DNA of 64,000 nt, taken from the NCBI GenBank assembly GCA_904063045.1, contig CAJFCJ010000006.1, forward strand, positions 5,038,408 through 5,102,407. The letters are read 5' to 3'. Positions 13,722 through 27,692 of the stretch are shown here, piece after piece. Position numbers and translations under genes: made by a program. The notes beneath the pieces are model-generated. The model did not search any database, had not been told where the DNA came from, and saw only the letters and a list, made by a program, of their open reading frames with translations. Numbering within the stretch: position 1 is the first letter of the stretch; each line of letters starts with the position of its first letter. The stretch comes from Dimorphilus gyrociliatus (Eukaryota; Animalia; Annelida).

Positions 13722-15763
13722 ATGTATAAATTTATTAAGAGCAAGAGAAGAGAGGATTATTTCAAGTGTTTGATTGATATATTTACAGGAGCGCAGTTGC
13801 GTGTAATATATCTAACAGATTCTGATGGTGATGAAGAAGATAATTTTATTTATAATTTCAAAAATGGACTAAAATCGCTACTCAAAGATAATACTACCGT
13901 TTTCGACAAGCGATTAGATTTAACAAATTATGTCTTTAGAAAGGAAATTGATAAGCCAAATGTAAAAGCAATATTTGAAAATTTACTATTAAAATGTTTT
14001 GATGATAATTACACAAGGAATAAAGAGTTTAGAGAGATTTTAAATACAAGGGAGCTAAAAGACTCTTATATTATTTTAACTTTTCAACATTTAGAGGAAA
14101 TACTATCACCAAATTCAAATACTTTGGATTTATTTAAAAAGTATATAAATGAAATATTAAAGATGTTACCAAAATGTTATATTATCTGTACAAGTACTAT
14201 GAAATTGGAGTGTTCAGATAAGGTATAGGCTATTTTCTTTCTCTTTTACGTATTCAATTTAAAGATTTCTACGTAAAAATTCTAGAGATTGAATAGTGTT
14301 TGTCTTAAGAAATTTATACGAAAAGAAGAAGAACGACGCCTTGAAAAATTGAGCAAAGATATTCCCAAATTGAAGAAATATAGCGAAAGTCGTATTCTAT
14401 TATATAATTATTTACCAGTTTACTTCTCAATGGAGGGTAGAATTAATATATTAAACAAACAAGTATTATAACTAAATACTGTTTATAAATATCTAGGAAA
14501 TATTTGGCAATGTTTTAATAATGTAATTTATAAAAGTCTTCAACAATTTATTAAATATACACAAGACGCATCAATACTTAAAGTTCTATCAAACAAAGCT
14601 ATTCGGAATAATCATCAAACTTGTAAAGTTCATTTTGTTTTATATAAAACATAATAGATATATAACAACATTGAATTATCCAAAACAGTGAAGACAATTG
14701 AGAAAGCATTTGAAACTATTGATGAACATTTAATATCATATTCACTGATAATTTCATACATTCCTGGAAGTTTTTCGAATGAGTCTGTAAAAGAAATTCT
14801 AGGTTATTATATTAAAATATTGAATTATGTATTTCTTAACAAGGTTTTTCATTCATATTTTTTTCTCATTTTAGATAAAAGAATAAATGAAAAATATAAA
14901 GTAATGAATATTTTAACAAAGAATGAACAATGTCAAAGATACTATTTTCCAAGATCGAGAATAGATTTTATAAATAATTGCATAGTTTATAATTTTCCTT
15001 ACGAAAAGAGATTAAGTATATAAAAGAGAGAATATCTTTAAACGTATATTCTTCTATATCTACCTATTTATATTTAGTTATTCAACTTAAATATGTTAAA
15101 TTGTTTGGAAAAGTTCAAAATATTATGAATTCCAAAGAAAGAGATAAAATATGTTTACCATTTGGAATGGATTATGAAAAATTAAAGGTTTTCCTTACAT
15201 TTCTTAATCTTTAATTATACGTTACATAATTTTTTAATTTATTTCCATTTTCCTTTTAGATATATCTAATCAAAGCTGTTAACTGTAATAATGAATATCA
15301 ACCATATATCGACGCTTCTATTCGGACAAGCTGTATTATTTTACTATCTTTACAAAGTATTATATGTTCATTGAGCAATGAATATCTTAATAATGCATTT
15401 ATTTATATATGAAATCTAGAAGATTCGTTAGAATTGTACGAAAATATGCTAAAGGCCAGCAGACAGATGGGCACAATTAGAGAGCAAGCCAGTCTTTTAA
15501 ACGTGATTGCAACAATATATTCTACTTATTATGTAACTAGAATTTTCTATAAATAGAATTAAAGTATATAATACTAATTTATTAAATAGCTCGACTACGA
15601 TAAAAGCAGAGAATATGCGTCTGAAAGTTTAACTACGTTGGAAAAGTGTAATGAAGATACTAAACTTGAAAGGGCTACTACTCTAAATAATCTACACAGC
15701 ACTTATCTAACCATTGAAAAGAAACAATTGGAGTTATCAGAATACACGAAAATAGCGAGATAA
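13722..15763 (+). CDS. STAND-NTPase-like/TPR protein, short paralog with no Walker A
   Basis: Exon-by-exon homology with 16060-19085 (LPKCYIICTS vs LPKCYIIFTS; SYIPGSF vs TYIPGTF; YQPYIDA vs YQPYINA; DSLELYENMLKAS vs DSLEFYENLLKAS). The spliced frame is open to TAA at 15761-15763. Confidence 0.75.
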
Positions 15764-16059
15764 TATATGTCAATAACATTGATGTTTTATGTCAACAATC
15801 AAAAATAAAAGTATACAGCTATTTTAAATAAATCCTTTGAAATTATTCTTTCATGTTTTTAATAGTAAAAGCAAATAGATAATATAGGAAACAACATTGT
15901 TACAGAAAAGTCCATAAAAACTGGTAGTTAAAAAACAAAATAGACAATAACGAAACTAGAAAATATCAACAATTTGTTGAATATAAAATTGACAAATTAT
16001 AATCTTGAGATATTGTATTTATTCCGACAAAAGGAAATTAGTACACGTAATAAAGAAAT

Positions 16060-19000
16060 ATGAATTTTATTGAAAGAAGAGAAGAGCCAACAAAAGCTCT
16101 TGCTAAGTTTCTTAAAGCGAAAGATATAAGATTGGTATATATAACCGGGCCAATGGGTATAGGTAAAAAGACGTATGGTACAAGACTAAGAGATCGGCTG
16201 AAAAAATTGATAAATCCTTGTTTAACGTCTGAAGGAGATTTCAGACATTATTGCTTCAAACAGCCATCAGAAGCGCCAGACTTAGAAGTCATATTTAAGA
16301 GCCTTTTGATTTCCTGTTGCAATACACATAATATGCAACACTTGAGTTTAGAAGAGATATTAAAAGATAACGATCTGAAGAATCAAAATATAGTCTTATC
16401 GATATATCATCTGGAAAAATTATTGGGAGAATCTTTAAAGTTTCTCGAATTAATAAAAACTGGTACAAACATGATTTTAGATGCTTTGCCTAAATGTTAC
16501 ATAATATTTACAAGTGACATACAATGCAACATCTTTGACGAGGTAAATAATATGATTTAGTATATAGTATACATATATATTATATTAATATATATTCTAT
16601 ATATATATTGATATATACAGAAACAAAAAAGCATCTGTTTAAAGAGATTCATGAAACATGAATCAGTAGAATTCCTGAAAAATTATGTTAAAAATCATGA
16701 AGAATTAGCACAATATGGAGACAGGATGGCAAAAATATGCGATTATCTACCAATTACACTTTCGTTGGCGGGAGCCGTTTGGTCAGCTATCGATAGTCAA
16801 TTCTACAAAGATGTTCAAGAGTTTATTAATTATTTAGAAGATCCTGAAATATATTTAAAGATATTATCAACAAAAGATTTCGTGCTGGACGATAGAATTC
16901 GTAAGATATTATTAATTGAAAATAACATACATTACTAAAAAAATAAGACTATATCATTGCAGAATTAAAGATTAAAAGGAGTTTAGAGAATTTAAATGAG
17001 GAGAGTCTTGCCGATTTAATAGCAATAACATACATTCCTGGAACTTTTAATGATGAAGCCATAAGCGCAATCTTAGGTGATTTATTTTTATTTATTTATT
17101 CAATATCTACTTTTCGTTCCAACGTTTTCTTCGTATAGGAAAAAGAGTGCAAGAAATAAAAATCCTTAAAGAAAAACATCTTGTAGTAACCGAAAGTAAT
17201 GAAAGATATGATGTCCTAAAATCAGTTCGAGATTATATAAACACTGTTATAGGCAACGATTATCCAAGCGAAAATAAATTAGGTTATTATTAGTTAATTC
17301 TAAAGTATTTGTTTAATAATATTATTAATTTTTAATAGTTTTGCATTTCCGTTATGTAAGATTCTTTGGTGATATTTTGGAACAATTTCAAAGTAAAGCG
17401 GACTCAAAAGACTGTGGTAAAGCGTTATTACCAATAGATCAGGAATATACAAATTTGCAGGTATAGTTTTAATATATTCATAAAAAAAACTGTTGACAAG
17501 GAAACTAAATGAAATTTCATAGAAATTCTTACAAGAAGCTATTCACGCCAACAATTCTTATCAACCATATATAAACGCTGCCATAAATGCTGAAAGTCTA
17601 ATTGTCAGTTTCTTGCAAAGTAAATAAATTTGAATTATTAATTGAATATTATATTAAAATAGGTCATTATTCAATTTATATAAAAATAGAGGACTCGTTA
17701 GAATTTTATGAGAATCTATTAAAAGCTAGCGAACAACTTGGAAGTCTTAAGGAACAGGGACAGATATTTAGCGCTTTGTCGAACATATACTCATCATCTT
17801 TTGTAAGCTAATTAATTGATTTATTTGTTAATTTATTGATTATTAATAAACTCTTCATAATTCCTGTTTTTTTTCGTTTAGTACGATTATAAGAGAGGTA
17901 AACAATACGCCATAATTGGTTTAGAAAGACTTGAAAAATCCGCTGAATCAACTCAACTGGAATTGGGAATGATAAAGAATCGGTTAGGCTTTGCAAAATT
18001 TAAGCAGGGAGAAGTTAAAGACGGTATAAAATATTTAGAGATGGCTGATAAAATCTTTGATTCGGAAGGAAGAAAACAATTTCATAGTTTTAAAATAATG
18101 ATGAAACACTCCAGCGTTCTTGCTAATCGAGGAATCACAGCCATTCTTGCTGGTAAGTCTCAGACTATCTATTTTATCATAAATTATAACTTGAAAATCA
18201 AAAGGGGATTACGAAAAAGCTTACGAATTGCACCGAAGAGTTCTACATATGAGAAAGCCAATTCTGGGTAAAAATCATGGAGATGTTGCTCTCCAATACA
18301 ATAGTTTTGGTTTAATTGCAAGAGAGAGGAATAAATATCAGGAAGCTTTGCGTAATTTTTCAATAAGTTTGAGAATAAAAAGAAAATTATATCCAAAGGG
18401 AAATACTGCTGTTTTAATTGGATATTATAATATTATAGACATTTTTGTCAAATTGGATAAGTTTGACGAAGTTGAAAAATTATTTAAACAGGCGGTAGAA
18501 TGTTTTAAAATGCTTGGAGAGGGTGGCAACAAAACGTTGATTGGTGCAATCTATACAGCTTATGCTTCGTCTTTTGTTAAAAGGCAACAATATTCAAAAG
18601 CTTGCGAAATGTTTCAAATATCATATGAAATAAGAGAGAAATACTCCAAGAGTCCAGCTTTCCAATTTCACACTCTTGTTGGTTACGTTAATGCGTTACG
18701 ACTTTCGAGAAATTACGAATTAGCCATGGAAATTGGTAGAAAAGGTAAGAGCGCTATCAATGAGTTGATGAAACAAAGGCCAGAGCATACCCTAATACCA
18801 ACCTTGTATAAGGAAATATTTCTTGTCTATAAAGGCGTGGAAAATATTAAAAAATGTAAAAAGTATCTCAGAATCTATGTAAAACACGTCGATGGATTAA
18901 TGCACACAGATATCAGACATAAAGAACAGGCAAGTAAACACTCTTCTCTGATTGAGTTGATTGATTGTTTAAAGGATCTGGACGACGATTTAAAATCATT

Positions 19001-19085
19001 ATTTTACGAAATGAACGATATTATTGATTGCTCGATATGTAGCTTTAATTTGAAAGAGCACATTCGTTCCCTAAATATTCTGTGA
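16060..19085 (+). CDS. STAND (NB-ARC-like) NTPase with kinesin-light-chain-type TPR array
   Basis: P-loop-like YITGPMGIGKKT, sensor-1-like CYIIFTS, GxP-like ICDYLPITLSLAG, followed by TPRs (GDYEKAYELHRRVLHMRKPILGKNHGDVALQYNSFG; YQEALRNFSISLRIKRKLYPKGN). Confidence 0.85.
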
Positions 19086-19737
19086 TGCTACTTTTCTAAT
19101 CTTATTAATCAATGTTTCTTTTTTCCAGTTTTTCTTCACTACTAACTTTCTTTTCACAATATGTGACACACTTTCCTTGATGAAAAGGTAGCTCAATTAA
19201 TCAATATTTCTTTCATGTTGTTTTGTAACTTGTTCAAACAAAGACATAAGAAATTTTGAACGAATGAAGGCAGAGAGGTGCAGTATCGAATGTATATCGA
19301 TAAACAGAATATATATGTAGAATCTTAAACAAATATACACTAATGGAAGGAAAAAATGCTCCTTTTCTAAGATATTAATGTAGATTATAAAATGATACGA
19401 ATGATAAAAAATATCTGTTCTCGTTACCAATAGAATACTATAAAGTGTAAAGTATTTTTGGACCAAATGAACAAATTACTAAGTAGTTAACATTGATTAT
19501 TCATAATGTACATTTCGATTTGACTGTTGTTTTCATCCTGTTACGTATATCATTTCTTGAATAATTTATCAAGATTTCCAATTTACGTAGAGAAAGTAAA
19601 CAACCGTATTGATCATGCTGGAAATTTTCTTTCACTACCTTAAATAACATTCGTATGTCAGAGCAATATCATCTTCAATTCTCCGATTGCTTGAAGAACT
19701 TTCAACAAGATTGCTTCAAATTGAAGATAATAATATC

Positions 19738-20391
19738 ATGCAACTTGTCATATTGTTAATTGCGTATGTAGCGTACGTTGACTCAAAAGGTATTAAACTA
19801 CCCTGGCACGATGGAGGAAAAGCTTGTACCTCTTTAATAGCTTTGTCAACGGAACAGTCATTTACCAATACTTTAATCTATCCTGAAGGAAGAGATGAGT
19901 GTTGGAGAATTAGGCCAAAGGAACCGTCGGCGAAGCTTTTTATAGAAGTTGTCGAAAGTCGTTTAATGCCTTACGACGTATTCTCGCATTGTAGCGAAAA
20001 AGCCGCTATTTACGGAAGTGATAAAGTAGTTGGTGACACGCTGCTAAAAAAATGGTGTGGATTTGGCAAACAATATAACCTAAGTACATTCAACGAAGCT
20101 TATGTCCTTTTATACGGAGGATACGGAACTCAATTTAAGAGAAAATTAAAGGTAAATTATTATCAGGATGATCGTTATGATGTAAAAGAGTCGAAGAAGA
20201 ATTCAACTGAAGATAGTACCTTTTCGGATGTGAAAGAAATAGCTATTGTTGGTGGGGCATCTGTTGGAGGTGCATTATTTATATTCACTATACTCGTTGT
20301 CTATTATTCAATGAAGAAAGGTCTCTGCATTTGCTACCAAAAACCAGATAATCCGAAGAAGGCAAAGAAATATTTATCATTTGATAAATGA
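19738..20391 (+). CDS. Type I membrane protein with one CUB-like domain (intronless)
   Basis: Signal peptide MQLVILLIAYVAYVDS; CUB-like pattern C..CWRI..C..IYGS..LLKKWCG; TM segment IAIVGGASVGGALFIFTILVVYY; short basic tail. Confidence 0.8.
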   Translation: MQLVILLIAYVAYVDSKGIKLPWHDGGKACTSLIALSTEQSFTNTLIYPEGRDECWRIRPKEPSAKLFIEVVESRLMPYDVFSHCSEKAAIYGSDKVVGDTLLKKWCGFGKQYNLSTFNEAYVLLYGGYGTQFKRKLKVNYYQDDRYDVKESKKNSTEDSTFSDVKEIAIVGGASVGGALFIFTILVVYYSMKKGLCICYQKPDNPKKAKKYLSFDK

Positions 20392-21052
20392 TAATTGCGC
20401 ATCAAATATTTTAATATGAACCATCAAAATAAATAGAAACCAATTAACGGTCATTAACTCTTGCTATATATCTATTCTGTGATGTAATAATAATAATCAA
20501 TCTGCAGGATAAATGAAATGTTAACATGAATTTGAATAATTAATGAATATTAAACTTACTAATTTGTGATTTAATAAATCAATTTTTTCAATTATTATTA
20601 AAAATTATCACAAATATACTTAAGATAAAATCCGTACTCGATACTGTTATTGTTGTCCATGATAGATCTTCCCTCTTCTTCTGTCTATTTCCTGGTCAAG
20701 AATCAATGAGAAGGATAACCTTTTTTTTCCATTTTTTGATGTATAGTATATATACTGTATATATATTAGTATATATATATATATATACTTATCCTCTCTT
20801 TAAAAGGTTAGAGTTATTATGAACAATTGACCAATCGGGAAGCCCTTATGATCCTCTTTATATTTTGTATGTTAAGACGGTTAATTGATAAAAACTTAAT
20901 GCCAATATTTATATCTATGAAACCGAATATGCGCATGTCTCTTCAAAGAATAGGATTTAAAGAGATAAAAACTGAGAAGAGAGAGACACGCACGCACAAA
21001 CACACACAGAGAGGAATAAAGCGATTGGGTGAGTGTGTTCAAGTTTCTTATA

Positions 21053-21054
21053 TA

Positions 21055-21090
<36 letters not shown>

Positions 21091-21100
21091 TATATATAAA
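21053..21100. repeat. (TA)n microsatellite, imperfect
   Basis: TA run between the two CUB genes. Confidence 0.85.
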
Positions 21101-21257
21101 TATACACACTATATTATATATACAATATATGCAGTATATATATATATATGTTAAGAGGGAATTAAAGTGAATATGCTAATTTGAATATTATTGATCATTT
21201 ATCAACAGAAAATGAATTTTTGCATAGTTCAACTCATAGAGCCATTGAGATAATACA

Positions 21258-21926
21258 ATGGAGGTTTTGAGAAGTCTTCTCCAAATTTTGAGTATGTACA
21301 TCAAATATTTAATAAAACACTGTTACTATATTTAAAATTCAGGTTTTCTCATTATATGTAATTCAACAAAAATTACTTGGAGAAGAGGAACAGAAGAATG
21401 TATAAACCTATTGTCAGATAACGAAAAAGGAATTATCAAATTGAAAATTGCTGATCCAGATGCTATAAACATTTGTTGGAGGATTGTGCCAAAAGTTCTA
21501 TCGTCCAAAATATTTATCTCATTAACTGGAGGACACATTCAAAGAATTTTGCCTTATACCACTTGCTTTGAGACATTATCCATATATGGAAGTAAGAAGA
21601 GAGCCGGAGATACTTTATTAAAAACTTGGTGTGGTTATGAGAAAAATTTTACTTTAGAATCTATCAATGAAATCTATATTTATTTTTACGGAGGTTTCCA
21701 GTTCGATAAAAATAGACTCTTATATATTACATATTATTCAACTACTGAACAGGTGGAAGATAAATCAAAAGAGCAATCGAAACAAACCGTAAAAGTAGAT
21801 GGTAATTCAATTTTTGTTGTATTTCTTTCAATTATTGGCTTTGGTATATTTCTTTTCTTATTTTTTCTGGCAATTGTCTATTTTAAAAGTAATAAGGAAG
21901 AAAAATATAAAATATATAAGAAATAG
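21258..21926 (+). CDS. Type I membrane protein with one CUB-like domain, paralog of 19738-20391
   Basis: Exon 21258-21291, 51-nt intron, then exon 21343-21926. Shares CWRI.PK and IYGS...GDTLLK.WCG; TM segment IFVVFLSIIGFGIFLFLFFLAIVYF. Confidence 0.8.
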
Positions 21927-22056
21927 ACCTAATTATTTAAAAATATCTGACTTTGTATTTTTTTCAAATAAAGATATAAGTGTAATTGTAAATTATCACA
22001 TTTCTGTTTCTGTTTGCGTGAAACATGTAAAAGATAAAAGAAGACAAAAAGAACAT

Positions 22057-25000
22057 ATGAGAAAGTTAATGTTTGTAAACTATTATAACTATCTTGTACT
22101 AATCTCTTCTTTATATTATAAACTTTTGTCTACGACAAGTGTTGATAATGAATTATCAATGTTACGTATTTACTCTTCAAATGGTACGAAAATACAAACT
22201 AAATTGAAAAATATTGATGGTGAATTATCTTATCTAACTGATAATAATTTAAATACTTGCTTAACGGCAACTGATTTAAATAATGCTTGGTTTAGTATAT
22301 TACTAAGCAAACTTTCACTAGTTAAATTAATTCGTATTGGTTTTCAAAGTTTAGGTAATAAAAAATTAGAGATTTAGTCTCCTTTCTATTTCTATTTGTT
22401 AATAATTTAATTAAAAGAATATTCATTAAGGTCATTATTTAAAAAGACATACTCTAAGAGTTGGTATTAGTAATAGTTTACCAAATTCGTATAAAGGAAT
22501 AATTGATGGTTTTCACGAATGCTTTCGTACGAAATATTTCACTCTAAATACAATTGATAAAGAAATAGAAAATCACTGTAAAACAAACTGGACAATTGGT
22601 CATCAAGTTGTTATTATATCATCTGACAAATTATTCAGATTATGCGAAATTTCAATTATAGGAAATGTATTAAATGAACAAGTAAAAATTCATAATCATT
22701 CTTCACTGTTTGCTAAAAGTATTCTATTTATAATATAGTTTTTTTTTTTAAAAAAATAATATTTCTATTTTTTTCTTTCTCCTCATAAGATTTTAATGGA
22801 AGCTATTCAATTTCTTTTATAAATATTCGTAATTCGACTACAAAATATAGAAGGCAACAAGATAATTTAACAACAAATAAATCGACCAATTATTATAAAG
22901 AATATAAGCCGGCAGCAAATGAAAATAATCTGTATAAAGATAAGTCAAAATCTATGAAAAAACATAGATCTGAACAGAGAGAAAAATATCTTAAAAAACA
23001 ATTTAAAGAAGATTTCATTCAATTTCCAACAGCAAAAATATTTAAGACAAAGAAAAAGTATATTATGAAAAATAAACTTCAAGATATATTTGCTTTTAAC
23101 AATCAATCTAACATCTCTATGACAACGATAATGTATATTAAACCCACAACAATTGTTAAAACGACAAATACAACTGCTACTTTGACTATAAATGACACTA
23201 CAACGATTAAACCATTATCCTATGTATTGGAAAATGTTGTAAATAGGTATAATTGGTCCTTACTTTCCAATTTTTATAGAATAAACTTACAAGAGTATAA
23301 TAAATTTAAAAAGAAAAAAAGAACGCCAAAGAGACATAGAATGAATTTAGCTTTACATAAAAGAGGCAGTCAAATAAATACCATAAAAGATTATAGACTT
23401 AGCGTTGACGGATTCAAGAATACCTGTTCACTTATACAAACTATAGTACCCTATATCGAACCCTGGTGGTCAATAGATTTACTAATAGATTATAATATTG
23501 ATAGAGTATCTGTTATCTTCAATAAAGAGTACATGGGTGAAAAATCAGCTTATAATATTAAAATAGGATCATTAAATATTCTGCCAAGATCCCTAAACAA
23601 ACTAAAATTTCTAACAGTTTGCCTTGAAAATAAGTTTCGTCTAATAGAGTCAAATGTTATTTTTATATGTAGAAGAAACTTTAATGCAAGATTCTTAGGA
23701 TTAACAATAAATTCGTTAATTTTAAGTATTTGCGAAGTGGAAATTTATAAAACAATAAGAAATAATAATAATAATAATCTGGAAACAATTCAGAGAAATA
23801 ATGAAAGTATGTTAGAGTATATTAATACATTATACGAACGATCTAGAAAATATATGCAACTTTTTCAATTTTCAAACAATACTATAGCAAACTATGTTCA
23901 TCAATCTTTTATTGAACCAAACAGGATTAGACAAAATAAGGAATTAAATGAAAAAGGTATTGAATAAATTGATATTTCAAAACATTTATAATCCGTCATT
24001 TATAGATGCTGATAAACTAAGTAATACTATAACTAATAATTCTATTGAATTTGGGAAAAGTACTCCTAAGACTAATCGAAAAACTTTAATTGTTTTAAAT
24101 GCTACAACTCCATTTCCGAAATTATCCTCTCCTTCCAATTTAAATATTCAAAGGTTATTACTAAACGACGATGGTAATGATGTATTTACTCTTGAATTAA
24201 AGAAAAATAGAAATAAAAGATATATAAACAATAACTATCGTAAACAAATTGTCTATGATAAGACATTTGAAAGAAACTCGAAATCGTTCATAGTAGATGT
24301 ATTCGATAATGTTCAAAGTGCTTATTCAATTAATAGAGATAATGACGATATGGGTAAGTTTTATAATGATTTACTTTAGTCTAGTAGTGTTAATAGTCTG
24401 ATTCTACTCTATTTAGGACCAGAAAAGGCTCTAGATGGAAATTTGATGACTTGTTTGAAAACAAAAACTGTTAATGATCCAAAACAATTAAGTGTTTATT
24501 ATCCTTGGTGGTCAGTGGATACGGAGAATATTGATACAGCTCTTTCTTGGGCGAGAATTATGTCAGATTCCTTTGATTATGAGCATCTCGTAATTGGAAT
24601 GTCTAAGAGGTTACCGGGAAATGATTGGCCTAACACTGGTAGTTTAGATTTCAAGTAAGAGAGGGGAGAGATGTTTATCTTCCCTGTAGGAGAGCTATTC
24701 TCGACCTATTTCATGATTGTTAAAAAATGTTTTATAACAGACCGTGCTATGACTATGTCAGTCGAAATAAGACAAAACAAGTTGATCTTACTTGCGAACA
24801 GGTGTCAAAAGGACAATATTTACTTCTTTACGCTCCATATAGGCCTTTCTTAAAAATTTGTGAAATTTTAGCCTACACAAACTCAGCATCTCTGCAAGGT
24901 AACAAAACATAATTCTGTCTACATAAAACAGTAAAAAAGAACCGCTGTAAATTAAAGATATAGCTAAAAGGGAGTCTAAACAGCCTAGAAAAAGTTTACA

Positions 25001-27142
25001 AAAGCTGTTAGAGGGTATTGTCATATCGAAAGAAAAGAGTGAAGATAATGAATCATCAAATTTAATTACTGAAGAAGCTCTATTACGAAATAATAATAAT
25101 TTTATCAAATCAATGAATGAGGGTGACGAAAACATCAATAGAATTTTTATGACGAAATCACTATTAAATAATCGAGGCGATGACGTTCATGGTGCTATTT
25201 TAGCAATTGATGGTTATATTTTATACAATTATATAGGCAAAAAAAAGACATTTATAAACATTTCAATTTAGGCCTTTTATCAACTTGCTCCTTGACTATA
25301 AATACAAATCCAATGTGGGCGGTAGAATTGGGAAGAATTATTACAATTGAAAGAGTGTTAATTGTTAATAATGATAACAGTTTAAAAAATATAAATGTTA
25401 ATCTCACTCAGAGAATACCTATCCGTAATATTCAATTTTCTAAAAGATGTTTTGTGAAGAATGTTACATCTAAACAACAGGTATAGCTAACGTTACTTAA
25501 TAGAGTCTATTTATTTGTGCTATACGTATCCGATATAAAAAAATATGTATGCAAACATATATACAGTATAGATACATATACATATATATAATGCATGTGT
25601 ATATATTGTACATTGACATTTCCATGGATAAATTTATAATGAATAAATCAATTTTTGTAGATCTCGTTTGTTAATGAAACTTGCCAAAGAGAGAATGGCG
25701 AATATCCTTCGGGTAAATTTCTCGTTATCACCTCGAACAATCAAGTGCTTAAGATATGTGAAGTTACCGTCTATGAATATAATAAGCCTTCTTCCGGTTC
25801 AAAATATAACTTTGACAGAGTAGTTATTAAATTATTAATTACTATTTTATTATTTAGATTTAAATAAAACTAATAATCAGCTAAATGAATGGAAAAATAA
25901 ATGGGAGTATGAAAATTTAGCAACCAATACAGTTACATATCAATCGTCAACTCATGGAGGTTTAAAAGCTTTAAATCTGTATAGTTTGTAAATATATATA
26001 TCAATTATTATGTCATTGAGTTTGCCTCTTTCTTTTTATCATTATTTAGTTATGGTCCTAAAAATGCTATAGATGGTTTGGAGAGAACTTGCGCAAAAAC
26101 AAGCGAATTGGCAACAGTTTATAAAATATGGTGGGCAGCGGATATGAGAAGAGTACAGGAAATAGATCGTGTTGTCATTGTAGGAGAAGGTATTAAATAA
26201 CAGCTCCCAAATGCGTTTATTCCAATTCTTTTATTGAATTACACAAATAAAATAAACAATTTTCTAAAAGATGTAGGCAGCTTTAAAGAATTAACTGTAG
26301 GCGTCTCTAAAAGATTACCGAAAGATAATCAATGGAAGAAGATAAGAATGGACCGCTGTTTTCATTTTCGAAATGTTAGCGGTAGTAAATTTATAATCAA
26401 CAATTGCGAAAGACCAATTTCTGGAAGATATTTTATTATAACATCTGAAAAAACACCCTTAAAGATATGCGAATTAGCTGTTTACAGCAGATTGACAAAC
26501 TTTACTGGTTTGAATCTTTTTAAATGATGTTATTTTTTAGCAAACATCAAAAGTAATAAATTACAATACATATATTCTTATAGCAATTAGCAAGATAAAG
26601 CGAATAAATACGAATAAACAAGATTACAGAATAAAGAAAATAAATCTTCGTGATGCCTACACAGAGCAAACTAGATCCAATAGTTATAACTCTTGGCGAT
26701 ACTCTGCAAATATGGCCATTGATTTGAAATTTTATACTTGTTCTATAACCGATTTAGACACGAATGACAAAACTAAACCTTGGTGGTCTGTACAATTATT
26801 AAACAGAACAAAGATTGTTAGAATAGATGTATTTGGCAATAAAAGAATCGGTAAAGGGTTTAACAGTTTAAAATCAGGTGTAGACAATCAGAAACCGGGT
26901 ATAAATTACCCTAATAAATCATCTATAACAATCTGTTGGAGTGTTCATGCTAAAGGGTAAACAAGGAATACATTTATTTAATTTCTACAACTGTAAGAAG
27001 CTTAAATCTTCATTTATTCCCTAGATTTAGAGCAATAAAGAAGAACTGTTATCAAGAAATAACTGGTAATTGGTTAATAATTGTCGAAATGAAAGCAAAT
27101 ATATTAATTCTTTGCGAAATAAAAGCCTACACTAGGATATAA
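22057..27142 (+). CDS. Large secreted protein with six F-type lectin (FTP/fucolectin-like) domains and low-complexity linkers
   Basis: Six recurrences of hhDG-(x)-C..(P)WW.V/ID..L.ICEh.hY, e.g. ENLATNTVTYQSSTHGG|YGPKNAIDGLERTCAKT..WWAADM..LKICELAVY. Most junctions are GT-AG and in frame; one or two donor positions are uncertain, and a split into two genes is not excluded. Confidence 0.75.
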
Positions 27143-27692
27143 AACTTTTAATATTGTAACATATGTTTACCATTCCTTTTATTGTGGTTTTACCTTATTT
27201 GCCGCTTATTAAGTTATTTAAATAATACAATTTCCTATTTATCCATATACTGTTTTGATATATAGTTAATTGAAGACACCTTTCTAAGTTCTCTTTCTCT
27301 TTTTCTTTTATTTTATAGTTCCGGTTGGAATTTGACCTATATTAATACCAAATGAGCATCCTTTATGCTCTACACTACGTACTATACCGTAGAGTCTATA
27401 GTTTATCTAAATAATATAATCTACCAGCTACCACCGAAGCGTATAAGGGCACGTTCGGCAGATGTAACGATGTAGGGGGGGGAGTCTAGCTTATTTTTCT
27501 TCCACTTTTCGTTCTTTGTTCGGAGTAATAGAAAAACAACGCAATCAAATGAATATTCATAAAGCTTTGAAATTAACAAGTAGTTTTTGTTTTCAAAAAC
27601 CATTACGTAATAATCCAAGCAATTCATATTTTAAATAAATTGAATAAAGATAAGAAAAAAATTCCAGTTTAGTTGCAACTTAATAGATAAAA

